From NCBI GenBank assembly GCA_963804645.1, contig CAWDRG010000009.1, forward strand, positions 576,001 through 640,000: a DNA stretch of 64,000 nucleotides, written 5' to 3'. This DNA is from an uncultured Bacillota bacterium. Lineage in GTDB: Bacteria; Sysuimicrobiota; Sysuimicrobiia; Sysuimicrobiales; Segetimicrobiaceae. Under the pieces are notes generated by a model that saw nothing but the letters and a program-made list of their open reading frames with translations, searched no databases and was not told the DNA's origin. The first letter of the stretch is position 1. Every line of letters begins with the position of its first letter. Shown one piece after another: positions 10,310-18,719 of this stretch. Position numbers and translations under genes: made by a program.

Positions 10310-12970
10310 ATGAAAGGCGATTTCAGTCGCATCCGGTTCGCTCCCACCAAGCACTACACCGCCGTGCTGCAGCAGCAGGGGCGGGTCGCGCTCGACGCCG
10401 ATCAGAACGAACAGGCGGCGATCGACGCCTACCTGCGCGACGTGGAGCTGATCGACGTGGTGGGGCCGTACGGCGGGCCGCAGGGCGACGCGGGCTTCGC
10501 CATCACCGTGGCGAACAACGGGATCTGGATCGGACCCGGCCGGTATTACGTCGAGGGCCTCCTGTGCGAGCAGGTGGGCCCGCTGGAATACGACGCCCAG
10601 CCCTACCTGCTCGATCCCAGCCAGAGCGCCTCCGCACTGCTCCAGCAGCTCCAGAACGGCTCGTTCAGTGCGATCCGCGTCTACCTTGAGGTGTGGCAGC
10701 GCCTGGTCACGGTGCTCGACGACGCCTGCCTGCGCGAGCCCGCCCTCGGCCAGGCGGACACCACCGCCCGCCTGCAGACGGTGTGGCGCGTGGTGGCCGA
10801 CGGAATCGCCGCGGCCACGCCGCCGTCTCGGCTCGGGACGCATTTTGCTTCGTTCAGCAACCGCCTCGTGCTGCTGGAAGCGGCGCAGGCGACGCTGGCG
10901 ACCAGCCAGGCCAGCGCCGCGCAGAGCGGGTTAACGCTCAATGTCTCGAGCGGCCTGACGATTAACAAGACCGCGATCGGCGGCGCGACCGCGCCGGCGG
11001 GGGCCGTCGATTGCTGCGCCGAGATGTACAGCGAGTTCGGCACGCCGCGGACGAACCTGGGCGGGCTCAGCGTGCAGACTGGCGGCGCCGGCGCGGACTG
11101 CACCTGCGAGCCGACGCCCCCGGCCGGGTACCGCGGCCTGGAAAACCAGCTCTATCGGGTCGAGATCCATCAGGGCGGCGACGAGACCACGGCGACGTTC
11201 AAATGGTCGCGCGAAAATGGGTCGGTCGTCTCCGCTGTGACCAACGTTTCCGGCGCGAACATCACGGTCGACAGCCTGGGACCGGACGCGTACCTCGGCT
11301 TCGCGCCGAACCAGTGGGTGGAACTCACCGACGATACCTACCTCTTTGGGCCGGTGCCCAACCAGCCGGGAGAACTGTTTCAGATCCAGAGTGTGACACC
11401 TGAAGAGCTCACGATTACGCTGTTGCAGCCGGCCTCGGCGGTGGACCCCACGAAGAATGCGCGGGTGCGCCGGTGGGAGCAGTTCGGCTCCTCGGCGGGT
11501 CCCGCGGGCGTGCCGCTGTCGGCGGGGACGTGGCTCGACCTCGAGTACGGCATTCAGGTGCAGTTTGCCCCGGGCCAGTACGAATCCGGCGACCACTGGT
11601 TGATCCCCGCGCGCACCGCGCTGGGCCAGATCGACTGGCCGCCCTGCGACAGCGACGGCGCGGCGTTCCAGCCGCCGTACAGCACCACGGTCTATCGGGC
11701 GCCGCTGGCGTGCCTGCACTGGAACGGCACCACTGAGCAGGTCGTGCCGGAGGAATGCCGGCGGTTCTTCTCGCCCTTGACGGACCTGGCCCCGGCGGCG
11801 GCGACCGCGCTGCACGTCACCAAGATCAACTGGTCGAACGACGACGTGCTGACGCTGGACCAGCTCGTCGCCGCCGGCCTCGTGGTCACGCTCGACCAGG
11901 GAGCGACCGGGAAGGTCGACGCGGCGACGTTCGCCGTCTCGCTGGAGCTGGCGGCGCCCGTGAAGGGCGCCGTGTACGGCACCAATTTCGCGAGCGCCGG
12001 CGGGACCGGCGCGGCGGCCGCGCCCACCGTGCTGCGCACCGTCACCGTGCTGGACGGGCCGGTCGTGGTACAGGGGCAGACGCTGACGTGGCAGATGCCG
12101 TACCTGCCGAACTCCTACTCACAGGATCTCACCTTGAACGAGATCAACACCGCGCTGCTGGTCGGGGCGAAAGTGTCGCTGTTTACGCGCGCGCGCGTGC
12201 GGCTGCTCGGCCGCATGATCTACTCGACCGGCGCCGCCACGCCCGCGTTCAACGAGGTCGCCTTAACCCAGGCGACCGGGGGCGGCCCGACCGTGTACCT
12301 GGACGGGCAGTGCTACGGCACGCCGGGCGTTCGGGCCGACGGCGTGACGCCCCGCAACGATCTGGTGCTGCCGTCGGGCAACAGCGAGAAGGCGAGCGAC
12401 TTCGAGAGCTGGTTTTACTTGGCGCCGGTGCTGACGCTGACGAGCCTCGCGATCCAGCCGTCCGCGGTGGACGTGCTGCCGGGCACCAACACGATCATCG
12501 CGGCGCCGGGATCGTGGACGGCCAACACGGCGTTCGCCGTCGGCACGCAGATCCTGGGGCCCTCCGTTCAGGTGCTGCAGGTCACGGTGGCCGGGACGTC
12601 CGGCGCGCAGGCTCCGCAGTGGCCCGCGACCGTCGGCGCCACGGTGGGCGATGGGACAGTGCGGTGGCAGGTCATGGCGCCGACCGCGGTCGTGCCGCAG
12701 GGGACCGTGACGGTCAACTACCCGCCGCTCACGAACGTGACCGTAGGCCTGTCGGTGTCGGGCGGCGGCGTCGCCGGCATCGTGAGCGTGCCGCAGAGCG
12801 TCACCGTGCAGGCGAACTCCACGTCGGCGACGTTTTCCGTCACCGTGAACGGCAACCCGGGGTCGCAGACGCAGTCGTATACCATTATCGCCTCCCTGCC
12901 GTCGGCCTTGGGCAGCGCGTTCACCCAGTCGGCGACGGTGGAAGTGACCGGGTATGAGCAGATCGAATAG
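10310..12970 (+). CDS. DUF6519-type eCIS tail-fibre/structural protein
   Basis: N-terminus 'MKGDFSR...VLQQQGRVALDAD.NE' and 'GYRGLENQLYRVEIH...FKWSRENGSV' are characteristic. RBS AAGGAG upstream. C-terminal Trp/Gly module plus beta-rich Ig-like tail. Confidence 0.85.
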   Translation: MKGDFSRIRFAPTKHYTAVLQQQGRVALDADQNEQAAIDAYLRDVELIDVVGPYGGPQGDAGFAITVANNGIWIGPGRYYVEGLLCEQVGPLEYDAQPYLLDPSQSASALLQQLQNGSFSAIRVYLEVWQRLVTVLDDACLREPALGQADTTARLQTVWRVVADGIAAATPPSRLGTHFASFSNRLVLLEAAQATLATSQASAAQSGLTLNVSSGLTINKTAIGGATAPAGAVDCCAEMYSEFGTPRTNLGGLSVQTGGAGADCTCEPTPPAGYRGLENQLYRVEIHQGGDETTATFKWSRENGSVVSAVTNVSGANITVDSLGPDAYLGFAPNQWVELTDDTYLFGPVPNQPGELFQIQSVTPEELTITLLQPASAVDPTKNARVRRWEQFGSSAGPAGVPLSAGTWLDLEYGIQVQFAPGQYESGDHWLIPARTALGQIDWPPCDSDGAAFQPPYSTTVYRAPLACLHWNGTTEQVVPEECRRFFSPLTDLAPAAATALHVTKINWSNDDVLTLDQLVAAGLVVTLDQGATGKVDAATFAVSLELAAPVKGAVYGTNFASAGGTGAAAAPTVLRTVTVLDGPVVVQGQTLTWQMPYLPNSYSQDLTLNEINTALLVGAKVSLFTRARVRLLGRMIYSTGAATPAFNEVALTQATGGGPTVYLDGQCYGTPGVRADGVTPRNDLVLPSGNSEKASDFESWFYLAPVLTLTSLAIQPSAVDVLPGTNTIIAAPGSWTANTAFAVGTQILGPSVQVLQVTVAGTSGAQAPQWPATVGATVGDGTVRWQVMAPTAVVPQGTVTVNYPPLTNVTVGLSVSGGGVAGIVSVPQSVTVQANSTSATFSVTVNGNPGSQTQSYTIIASLPSALGSAFTQSATVEVTGYEQIE

Positions 12971-13933
12971 GTGGACGCCATGATCGACGCGATCACGCAT
13001 GGACGCGGCGCGGACCGGAACGGCGGGCCGGTCCGGGCGGTCTGGTCGTTTTGGAGCCGGCCGTTCCACGCCTATAAAGGCGGAATCTGGACCAGTCCGC
13101 TGCACCATCTGCTGGCCTGGGGCCTGTCGGTCCATGCCGCGCGCCGCCACTATCCCGATACGATGCTGGTCACCGACCGGGAGGGCAAGCAGTTGCTGGT
13201 CGACCGGCTCGGGCTGCCGTTCACGCACGTCTCCACCGAGCTCGAGCGGCTGCGGGGGGCGGACATCGGCTGGTGGGCGCTCGGGAAGGTCGTGGCGTAC
13301 GGTGTGCAGGACCGGCCGTTCGTGCACCTGGACAGCGACGTGTTTCTCTGGAAGGCGCTGCCGCGCGCCGTCGCGGAGGCGCCCGTGTTCGCGCAGAGTC
13401 CCGAGTACTTTCACGGCATCAACGAGGGCTGCGGGCCGCGCGACATCGAGGCGGCGTTCGCCGCACACGGCCTCGCGCTTCCCGTCGAGTGGGAGTGGGC
13501 GCGGTCGAAGAGCACGCAGTTCTTCAGGGAAGAAAACTGCGGGATGGTCGGGGGGTCGCACCTCGCCTTCTTCCGGTATTTCACGGAGACCGCGCTCGAT
13601 CTCGTGCTCAACCCGCGCCATGCGCCGGCGTGGGCGCGCCTGCCCGACAAAGCGGGCTACAACATGATCATCGAACAGTTTCTGCTCGCCGCGTGCGTCG
13701 AGTACCACCGCTTCCATCCCGATTCGCCCTATCGGGGGGTGAGGATCGCGCACCTGTTCCGCTCCTGGGAAGACGCGTGCAACCCGCAGCGCGCGGCGCG
13801 CGTCGGATTTACGCACCTGATCGGCGGCGCGAAGTCCAGCCCCGCGGTAGCCACGCGCCTCGAGGCGCGCATGCGCCGTGAGGATCCGGGATACCTGCGG
13901 CGCTGCGAGCGCGCCCTCGGAATGGCCGGGTAA
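12971..13933 (+). CDS. DUF6734-type protein with GT-A-like DxD motif (putative nucleotide-sugar transferase fold)
   Basis: 'RAVWSFWSRPF', 'WWALGKVVAY...PFVHLDSDVFLW', 'NCGMVGG', 'IIEQFLL', 'FTHLIG..K'. Start uncertain (12971 or 12980). Confidence 0.7.
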   Translation: MDAMIDAITHGRGADRNGGPVRAVWSFWSRPFHAYKGGIWTSPLHHLLAWGLSVHAARRHYPDTMLVTDREGKQLLVDRLGLPFTHVSTELERLRGADIGWWALGKVVAYGVQDRPFVHLDSDVFLWKALPRAVAEAPVFAQSPEYFHGINEGCGPRDIEAAFAAHGLALPVEWEWARSKSTQFFREENCGMVGGSHLAFFRYFTETALDLVLNPRHAPAWARLPDKAGYNMIIEQFLLAACVEYHRFHPDSPYRGVRIAHLFRSWEDACNPQRAARVGFTHLIGGAKSSPAVATRLEARMRREDPGYLRRCERALGMAG

Positions 13934-13981
13934 ATCGAGATGGCGACGGCACCTCACACCGAGGGGGGGGACGTCTAGCCG

Positions 13982-16654
13982 GTGTCGGTCCACGCGTTTC
14001 AGGCGCAGCCGCGCACGACGCAGTCGGCTGGCAGGCGCCCCGCGCCCGGGGGGCCCGCCGCAGTGCGCGCCCGTTCGTTTGGGCATCAAGCCGCCCGCGC
14101 GTCCGCACCGTCTCCGCCCGGGCTCGGGCGCGAGGGCGCATCCGAGCCCCCGGCGCTCGAGGAGGATCGCGCGGGCGAGCAGAGTGGGAGCGCGTCCGAG
14201 CGCACGGGCCTTGTGGCCGCCGGCGGAGACGGCGTGCTGCGCCGCAAGTGCGCGTGCGGAGGAGACGCGGGCCCGAGCGGGGAGTGCGAGGCGTGCAAGA
14301 AGAAGCGCGAAGCAACGCTGCAGCGCTCGGCGCGGGCAGGCGCGGCGGGGCACGGCCGTGACCAGGCCCCGGCCGTTGTGTACGACGCGCTGCGGTCGGA
14401 GGGGCGGCCGCTCGATCCGGGTTCCAGGGCGTTCTTCGAGCCGCGCATGGGCTACGACCTCGGCCGCGTGCGGGTGCACACCGGTGCGCTCGCGGCCGAG
14501 TCCGCGCGCGCGGTCAATGCGGATGCGTATACCGTCGGCCGCGACGTCGTGTTCGCGGCGGGCCGGTTCGCGCCGGGGACCGCGGACGGCAGGAAGCTGC
14601 TGGCCCACGAGCTGGCGCACGTGCGTCAGCAGCAGGGCGCGGTAGGGCGGTCGTCCGCCGGTCTCCGCGTCGGTGATCCGGCCGACGCGGAAGAGCGCGA
14701 GGCGAGCACGGCGGCCGATCGCGTGGCGGCCGGCCTTGCGGCTGCAGCGGTCGCCGCGGAGCCGGGCGGCGTACTCCGGCGTCAGACCCCAGGCGACAAA
14801 ACCACGGACGATGACGACTCCGATCAGGGCGCTGCGGAAAAGCCGATCTCTCGGGCTGAAGAGGTTCAGATCTCCAAGACGTCTCCGGGCCAAGTGTCGA
14901 CGACGACACGGCCGACCGTGATCAGCCTCTACAACTTTGCGATCGATGGGGCCGCGCTGAAGCCGGAGCATCGGGCGGCGCTCGCCGAAATCGCCGACAT
15001 CCTGAAAAGCGCGGACGCGAACAAGGTCGGCGTGCTCGTGAAAGGGCATGCCGACTCCAGCGGGTCGGCCGCCGTGAACAAGCCGCTCTCGCAGCGGCGC
15101 GCGGAAGCCGTGCAGCGGGTACTTGCACAGATGGCTGGACGGGCGGTTGATTCGGGCTGGGCCGGGGATACGGAACCCGCGGCCAGCAACAGCACGGTCG
15201 AAGGACGCGATCGAAACCGGCGGGTGGATATCTATTTTCTGCCCCGCGGCGTGGTCGCCCCAGCGCCCCAACCGCAACCGACGCCCCAACCGCAACCGAC
15301 GCCGCAGCCCCAACCGACGCCGCAGCCCCAACCGACGCCGCAACCCCAACCGACGCCGCAACCCCAACCGCAACCGGCGCCCCAACCGAAGCCACCCACG
15401 ACGACCCAGCCGCCGACCGAGGACGATCCATCGTTTTGCGATCGCCATCCCATTATCTGCGGCAGCATCGTGGGTACCGGGGTGGGCGTCGGGACAGGTA
15501 TCGCCTTTTGCATCATGAATCCGGAAGTCTGCCTCGCGCCGGTGCTGCCCGTTCTGCCTGGGTTGCCCGGAGGCGGCGGCACCGAGCCGACGGACACCGA
15601 CACAGACAAAGATAAGGACAAAGATCAGGATAAGGACAAGGACGAGGATAAAGACAAGGAGGAAGAAGACAAGAAGAAGAAACGGCCGCGGCCGTGCCCG
15701 ATTTCCGTCAGGCTGCCTTCCGGGCATCGGAACGCCGTCTATATCCCCGGTCTGAATCGGCTGATCGACTCGTTCTCGATGGAGGTTGACTTCAAGAACG
15801 ACGACACCGGTTGCGACTGCAGTTTGGGCGAGTACAGGCAGATGGTGAAGTGCGTGTTCGCCGAGCGCGACCACGGGACCGGCAAGATGGTGTCGGTGCC
15901 GCCGACAGGCGTCGCGTGCGGACCGGGTGCCAGCGAGCAGGAAGACCTGTTTCAGAGGGGCGGGTTGTTCCCGTACGGCGTCCGCTCCTCGCCGATCGGC
16001 AACATCGACGGCGACGAATTCCAGCCGACGCCGCGCGCGACCGGCTGCGAGTACGAGGGATCTGATTCCCCGGGCATCTACGGGATCAAACCCGGCGAGC
16101 ACGTGCGGTTTCGGTTCGAGTTTCGGGCGGGGCCTGTCGACGCGCGTCTCCGGTCCCTTCACGTCGGCAGCTGGAGCAGCTGGATCTCCGAAGGGGACAT
16201 CACGGCGCCCAAGCCGACGCCGCCCAAGCCTACCCGAACGCCGACGCCCACTCCAACCCCGACGCCCACTCCTACGCCGACGCCGACCCCCACGCCCGCG
16301 CCGCAGCCCAGGATCGCCGATGAGGGGCCGTCGATCGGCCCGGCGCCGGCATCCACGCCTCGGTCCCTGTTCTGTCATCCGGACGGCATCGAACTCGGCT
16401 GCGCGACGCTGGAATTCCTCCAGGACGCCCAGCGTGCGCACTTTACCCCGACCCAGGACGACGTTGACAAGGCGGTCGACATCGAGCAGGACGTGCTGCT
16501 GAAGGCGTTCCCGCCTCCGCCGATGGTCGACATCCACCAGGCGGAAGAGATACAGATGTACATTCTGAACAAGCGGACCGAGGCGTACTGGCGCGTCTGC
16601 AAATTCGCGCAGACGCATTTCATGCCGCTGCCGACGGGGCCGTGTCATCTCTGA
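13982..16654 (+). CDS. DUF4157 (eCIS core) + OmpA-like domain mosaic protein, putative eCIS cargo/effector
   Basis: 'LRRKCACGG...ECEACKKK', DUF4157 'GRPLD...FFEPRMGYDLGRVRVHT...ADAYTVG..VVF...LLAHELAHVRQQ', and OmpA-like 'VKGHADSSG...N..LSQRRAEAV...RNRRVDI', followed by Pro-rich linkers and unknown domains. Confidence 0.88.
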   Translation: MSVHAFQAQPRTTQSAGRRPAPGGPAAVRARSFGHQAARASAPSPPGLGREGASEPPALEEDRAGEQSGSASERTGLVAAGGDGVLRRKCACGGDAGPSGECEACKKKREATLQRSARAGAAGHGRDQAPAVVYDALRSEGRPLDPGSRAFFEPRMGYDLGRVRVHTGALAAESARAVNADAYTVGRDVVFAAGRFAPGTADGRKLLAHELAHVRQQQGAVGRSSAGLRVGDPADAEEREASTAADRVAAGLAAAAVAAEPGGVLRRQTPGDKTTDDDDSDQGAAEKPISRAEEVQISKTSPGQVSTTTRPTVISLYNFAIDGAALKPEHRAALAEIADILKSADANKVGVLVKGHADSSGSAAVNKPLSQRRAEAVQRVLAQMAGRAVDSGWAGDTEPAASNSTVEGRDRNRRVDIYFLPRGVVAPAPQPQPTPQPQPTPQPQPTPQPQPTPQPQPTPQPQPQPAPQPKPPTTTQPPTEDDPSFCDRHPIICGSIVGTGVGVGTGIAFCIMNPEVCLAPVLPVLPGLPGGGGTEPTDTDTDKDKDKDQDKDKDEDKDKEEEDKKKKRPRPCPISVRLPSGHRNAVYIPGLNRLIDSFSMEVDFKNDDTGCDCSLGEYRQMVKCVFAERDHGTGKMVSVPPTGVACGPGASEQEDLFQRGGLFPYGVRSSPIGNIDGDEFQPTPRATGCEYEGSDSPGIYGIKPGEHVRFRFEFRAGPVDARLRSLHVGSWSSWISEGDITAPKPTPPKPTRTPTPTPTPTPTPTPTPTPTPAPQPRIADEGPSIGPAPASTPRSLFCHPDGIELGCATLEFLQDAQRAHFTPTQDDVDKAVDIEQDVLLKAFPPPPMVDIHQAEEIQMYILNKRTEAYWRVCKFAQTHFMPLPTGPCHL
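15266..15388 (+). repeat. 18-bp coding tandem repeat (PQPQPT) linker
   Basis: About five CCNCAACCNCAACCGACG-like units plus partial units, directly visible in the sequence. Confidence 0.9.
15596..15681 (+). repeat. Low-complexity charged (DK)n/E/K coding tract
   Basis: Encodes TDTDKDKDKDQDKDKDEDKDKEEEDKKKK; purine-rich GAYAAR repeats. Confidence 0.85.
16238..16303 (+). repeat. (PT)n coding repeat linker
   Basis: Encodes TPTPTPTPTPTPTPTPTPAP with varied codons. Confidence 0.9.
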
Positions 16655-16786
16655 TGGCGGTTCCCGTCAGGCGGGGTTGTAGCGCCGTGGCCGCCACCTC
16701 GTCGCTCGCCGCCGTGCCGTGCGGGTGGACCGGGCATCCCGCGCGGCTCGGCGGACACGCGCCCGCCAGAACGGCGTTGGCAATCA

Positions 16787-17018
16787 ATGGAGCCGCGCGT
16801 GCCGATCGGGGCCGTTGACGATCCGCTGGAACACGAAGCCGACGCGATCGCTGAGCAGCTGCCGGCCATGATGGAGCCCGCGGGCCCCGCCGCGGCGGGC
16901 GGCGACGTGCCAGGCGCGGGCCCCGCTGTCGGCCGAGGCGCCGTCGATCGTGCACGACGTGCTGCGCTCGACGGGCCGGCCGCTCCTCGCGTCAATGCGC
17001 GTGTTCTTCGAGCCGCGG
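16787..17018 (+). pseudogene. Degenerate DUF4157 gene remnant
   Basis: Frame at 16787 gives 'RVPIGAVDDPLEHEADAIAEQ' (compare 'LRVGAVDDPLERQADRVADQ' in the next gene). The +1 frame at 16938-17018 gives 'APSIVHDVLRSTGRPLLASMRVFFEPR' (compare 'APAVVYDALRSEGRPLDPGSRAFFEPR'). Similarity then stops. Confidence 0.75.
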
Positions 17019-17112
17019 CCGGCGCAGCCACGCATCGCACGAGGTCACGACGAGTTTGGTCGGCCCACACTGCCAGCACCAGTCGCGGTGGGGAGCCGGG
17101 AGAGATAGAGCG

Positions 17113-18495
17113 ATGGCGATGATGGCGGTGCAGGTGCTACGTCCCGCGCAGCCGACGCCGACGTCGAGCCGCCGGCCCGGTGAAAACCCCTTGGCGCCGA
17201 AACGCGCCCCGGTATCGAGGCAGACGGCCTCGCCGGGCGCGTGCGGACCGCCGTCGAACGTCGGCGGGCGGCCCCGGCCGTCGGCCGCCGAGGGTGCCGG
17301 CACGGCGGCGCCGATGCAGCGGAAGTTGAGGGTTGGCGCGGTCGACGACCCGCTCGAGCGGCAGGCGGATCGGGTGGCCGACCAGGTGGTCGTGGATCTG
17401 GGGAGTCCGACGGCTGCCGGCGCGGGCCGGGGCGTGCTGCAGCGTAAGTGTTCGTGCGGAGGTGAGGCGGCCAGCGGCGGGGAGTGCGAGGCGTGTAAGC
17501 AGAAGCGCCTGCAGCGTGTGGCGTCGGGTCCCGCTGGCGCTGCGGCCGCACCACCGCTCGTCCATGAGACGCTGCGTTCGCAAGGACGGCCGTTGGACGC
17601 GAGTGCGCGGACGTCGATGGAGTCGCGCTTCGGCCACGATTTTGGCAAGGTGCGCGTCCATATCGACGCCCGCGCCGCGGAGTCGGCCGGCGCGGTGAAC
17701 GCGCTTGCCTACACGGTGGGGCACCATATTGTATTTGGCGCGGGGCAGTACGATCCGCACTCGGCGACGGGCGCTAGGCTGATTGCGCACGAACTCACGC
17801 ACGTCCTCCAGCAGGACGGAGGTGCTGAACGGCTCCAGCGTCAGAGCGACACCTCGTCGGGGGACGGGACCTCGGGTATCGACGCGTCCGGGGGAGGAGG
17901 CGTGGACAGCGACACGTCGGGGGGCGCAGCAACCGCGACGTCCGACGACTGCAGCACGCCACTGAGCATGACGATCGTAAAGTCCGGTGCATTCAAGGGC
18001 GGGTTTACGCTCGACACGTATTATCCGATGCTCGCCGGGCATTGGCCACACCCCGGTACGGCGGGACCCTGGGTCACGGCGGAACGCGCCGGCGTCAACG
18101 TCCAATTGTTGGGACGCATTCCGCCTGTGTGCTCGCCCGACCTATATGCGATCAATCAACAGCGTGTGACGAAGCTCTTCACGGTGGACGGTGTCACGCA
18201 GGCCGATCAAGGCCAGACGCATTCTGATGATTTTGGAGAGCAGCAGTGGGATACGTCACGTCCACCGTTCCGCCAGGTGTGGCTGGCTCCAGAATCAACC
18301 GGTATGGTCCCGACGATCACGTTTGCGGATACCCCCGATGTTGCCTTCGTGTTCCAAGGCCAGCGTGCGCAGAGCGTCGAGCGTGACGTCGATTACACAA
18401 CGACCCTGACGGGCCCGAGCGGCAGCGAGTCTGTGATTTGGTCAACCTCGGTCCGGTATGCCGACGGGAAGGTGACGACGAACACCGTCACGTGA
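17113..18495 (+). CDS. DUF4157 protein with unknown C-terminal domain, putative eCIS cargo
   Basis: 'LQRKCSCGG...ECEACKQK', 'GRPLDASARTSMESRFGHDFGKVRVH...ALAYTVG..IVFG...LIAHELTHVLQQ', a Ser/Gly/Asp linker, then a ~180-aa unrecognised domain. Start uncertain. Confidence 0.88.
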   Translation: MAMMAVQVLRPAQPTPTSSRRPGENPLAPKRAPVSRQTASPGACGPPSNVGGRPRPSAAEGAGTAAPMQRKLRVGAVDDPLERQADRVADQVVVDLGSPTAAGAGRGVLQRKCSCGGEAASGGECEACKQKRLQRVASGPAGAAAAPPLVHETLRSQGRPLDASARTSMESRFGHDFGKVRVHIDARAAESAGAVNALAYTVGHHIVFGAGQYDPHSATGARLIAHELTHVLQQDGGAERLQRQSDTSSGDGTSGIDASGGGGVDSDTSGGAATATSDDCSTPLSMTIVKSGAFKGGFTLDTYYPMLAGHWPHPGTAGPWVTAERAGVNVQLLGRIPPVCSPDLYAINQQRVTKLFTVDGVTQADQGQTHSDDFGEQQWDTSRPPFRQVWLAPESTGMVPTITFADTPDVAFVFQGQRAQSVERDVDYTTTLTGPSGSESVIWSTSVRYADGKVTTNTVT

Positions 18496-18577
18496 ACGAT
18501 AGCTGGTACGGGCCCTTTCGGCAGGACGCGCGGACGTCGCTGCCCGCAGAGGAAATCGACGGTACCAACCGGAATCC

Positions 18578-18594
18578 TGAAATGTAATATTTCA
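18578..18594. promoter_or_regulatory. AT-rich palindrome TGAAAT-N5-ATTTCA, candidate operator of the downstream catabolic operon
   Basis: Perfect 6-bp inverted repeat in an AT-rich intergenic patch ~125 bp upstream of the SBP start. Confidence 0.45.
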
Positions 18595-18719
18595 CGCCAG
18601 ATGATCGTCACACGAGACGTCCTTTCGAGGACGCCTCACCGGCTGAAGGCTATCGCAGTCGCTCCGTGCCTGCGCATGTGGGCCACACGCCAGTTCTGAC
18701 CGGCGGGAGGAGAGGACGC

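Noticed and set aside
1..12970. Prophage or T6SS interpretation of the tail genes
   Set aside because: No capsid, terminase, integrase, lysis or T6SS membrane-complex genes in the window. Twin baseplate-J, DUF6519 and DUF4157 genes favour eCIS.
15266..16303. Short tandem repeats as a possible CRISPR array or contingency locus
   Set aside because: In-frame, codon-degenerate Pro-rich linkers with no unique spacers and no cas genes.
12263..16648. 1461-aa minus-strand ORF (and similar long antisense ORFs such as 51979..55161 and 60361..63357)
   Set aside because: Antisense to well-supported genes, with no motifs and Arg/Ala-rich composition. Expected in high-GC DNA with few stop codons.
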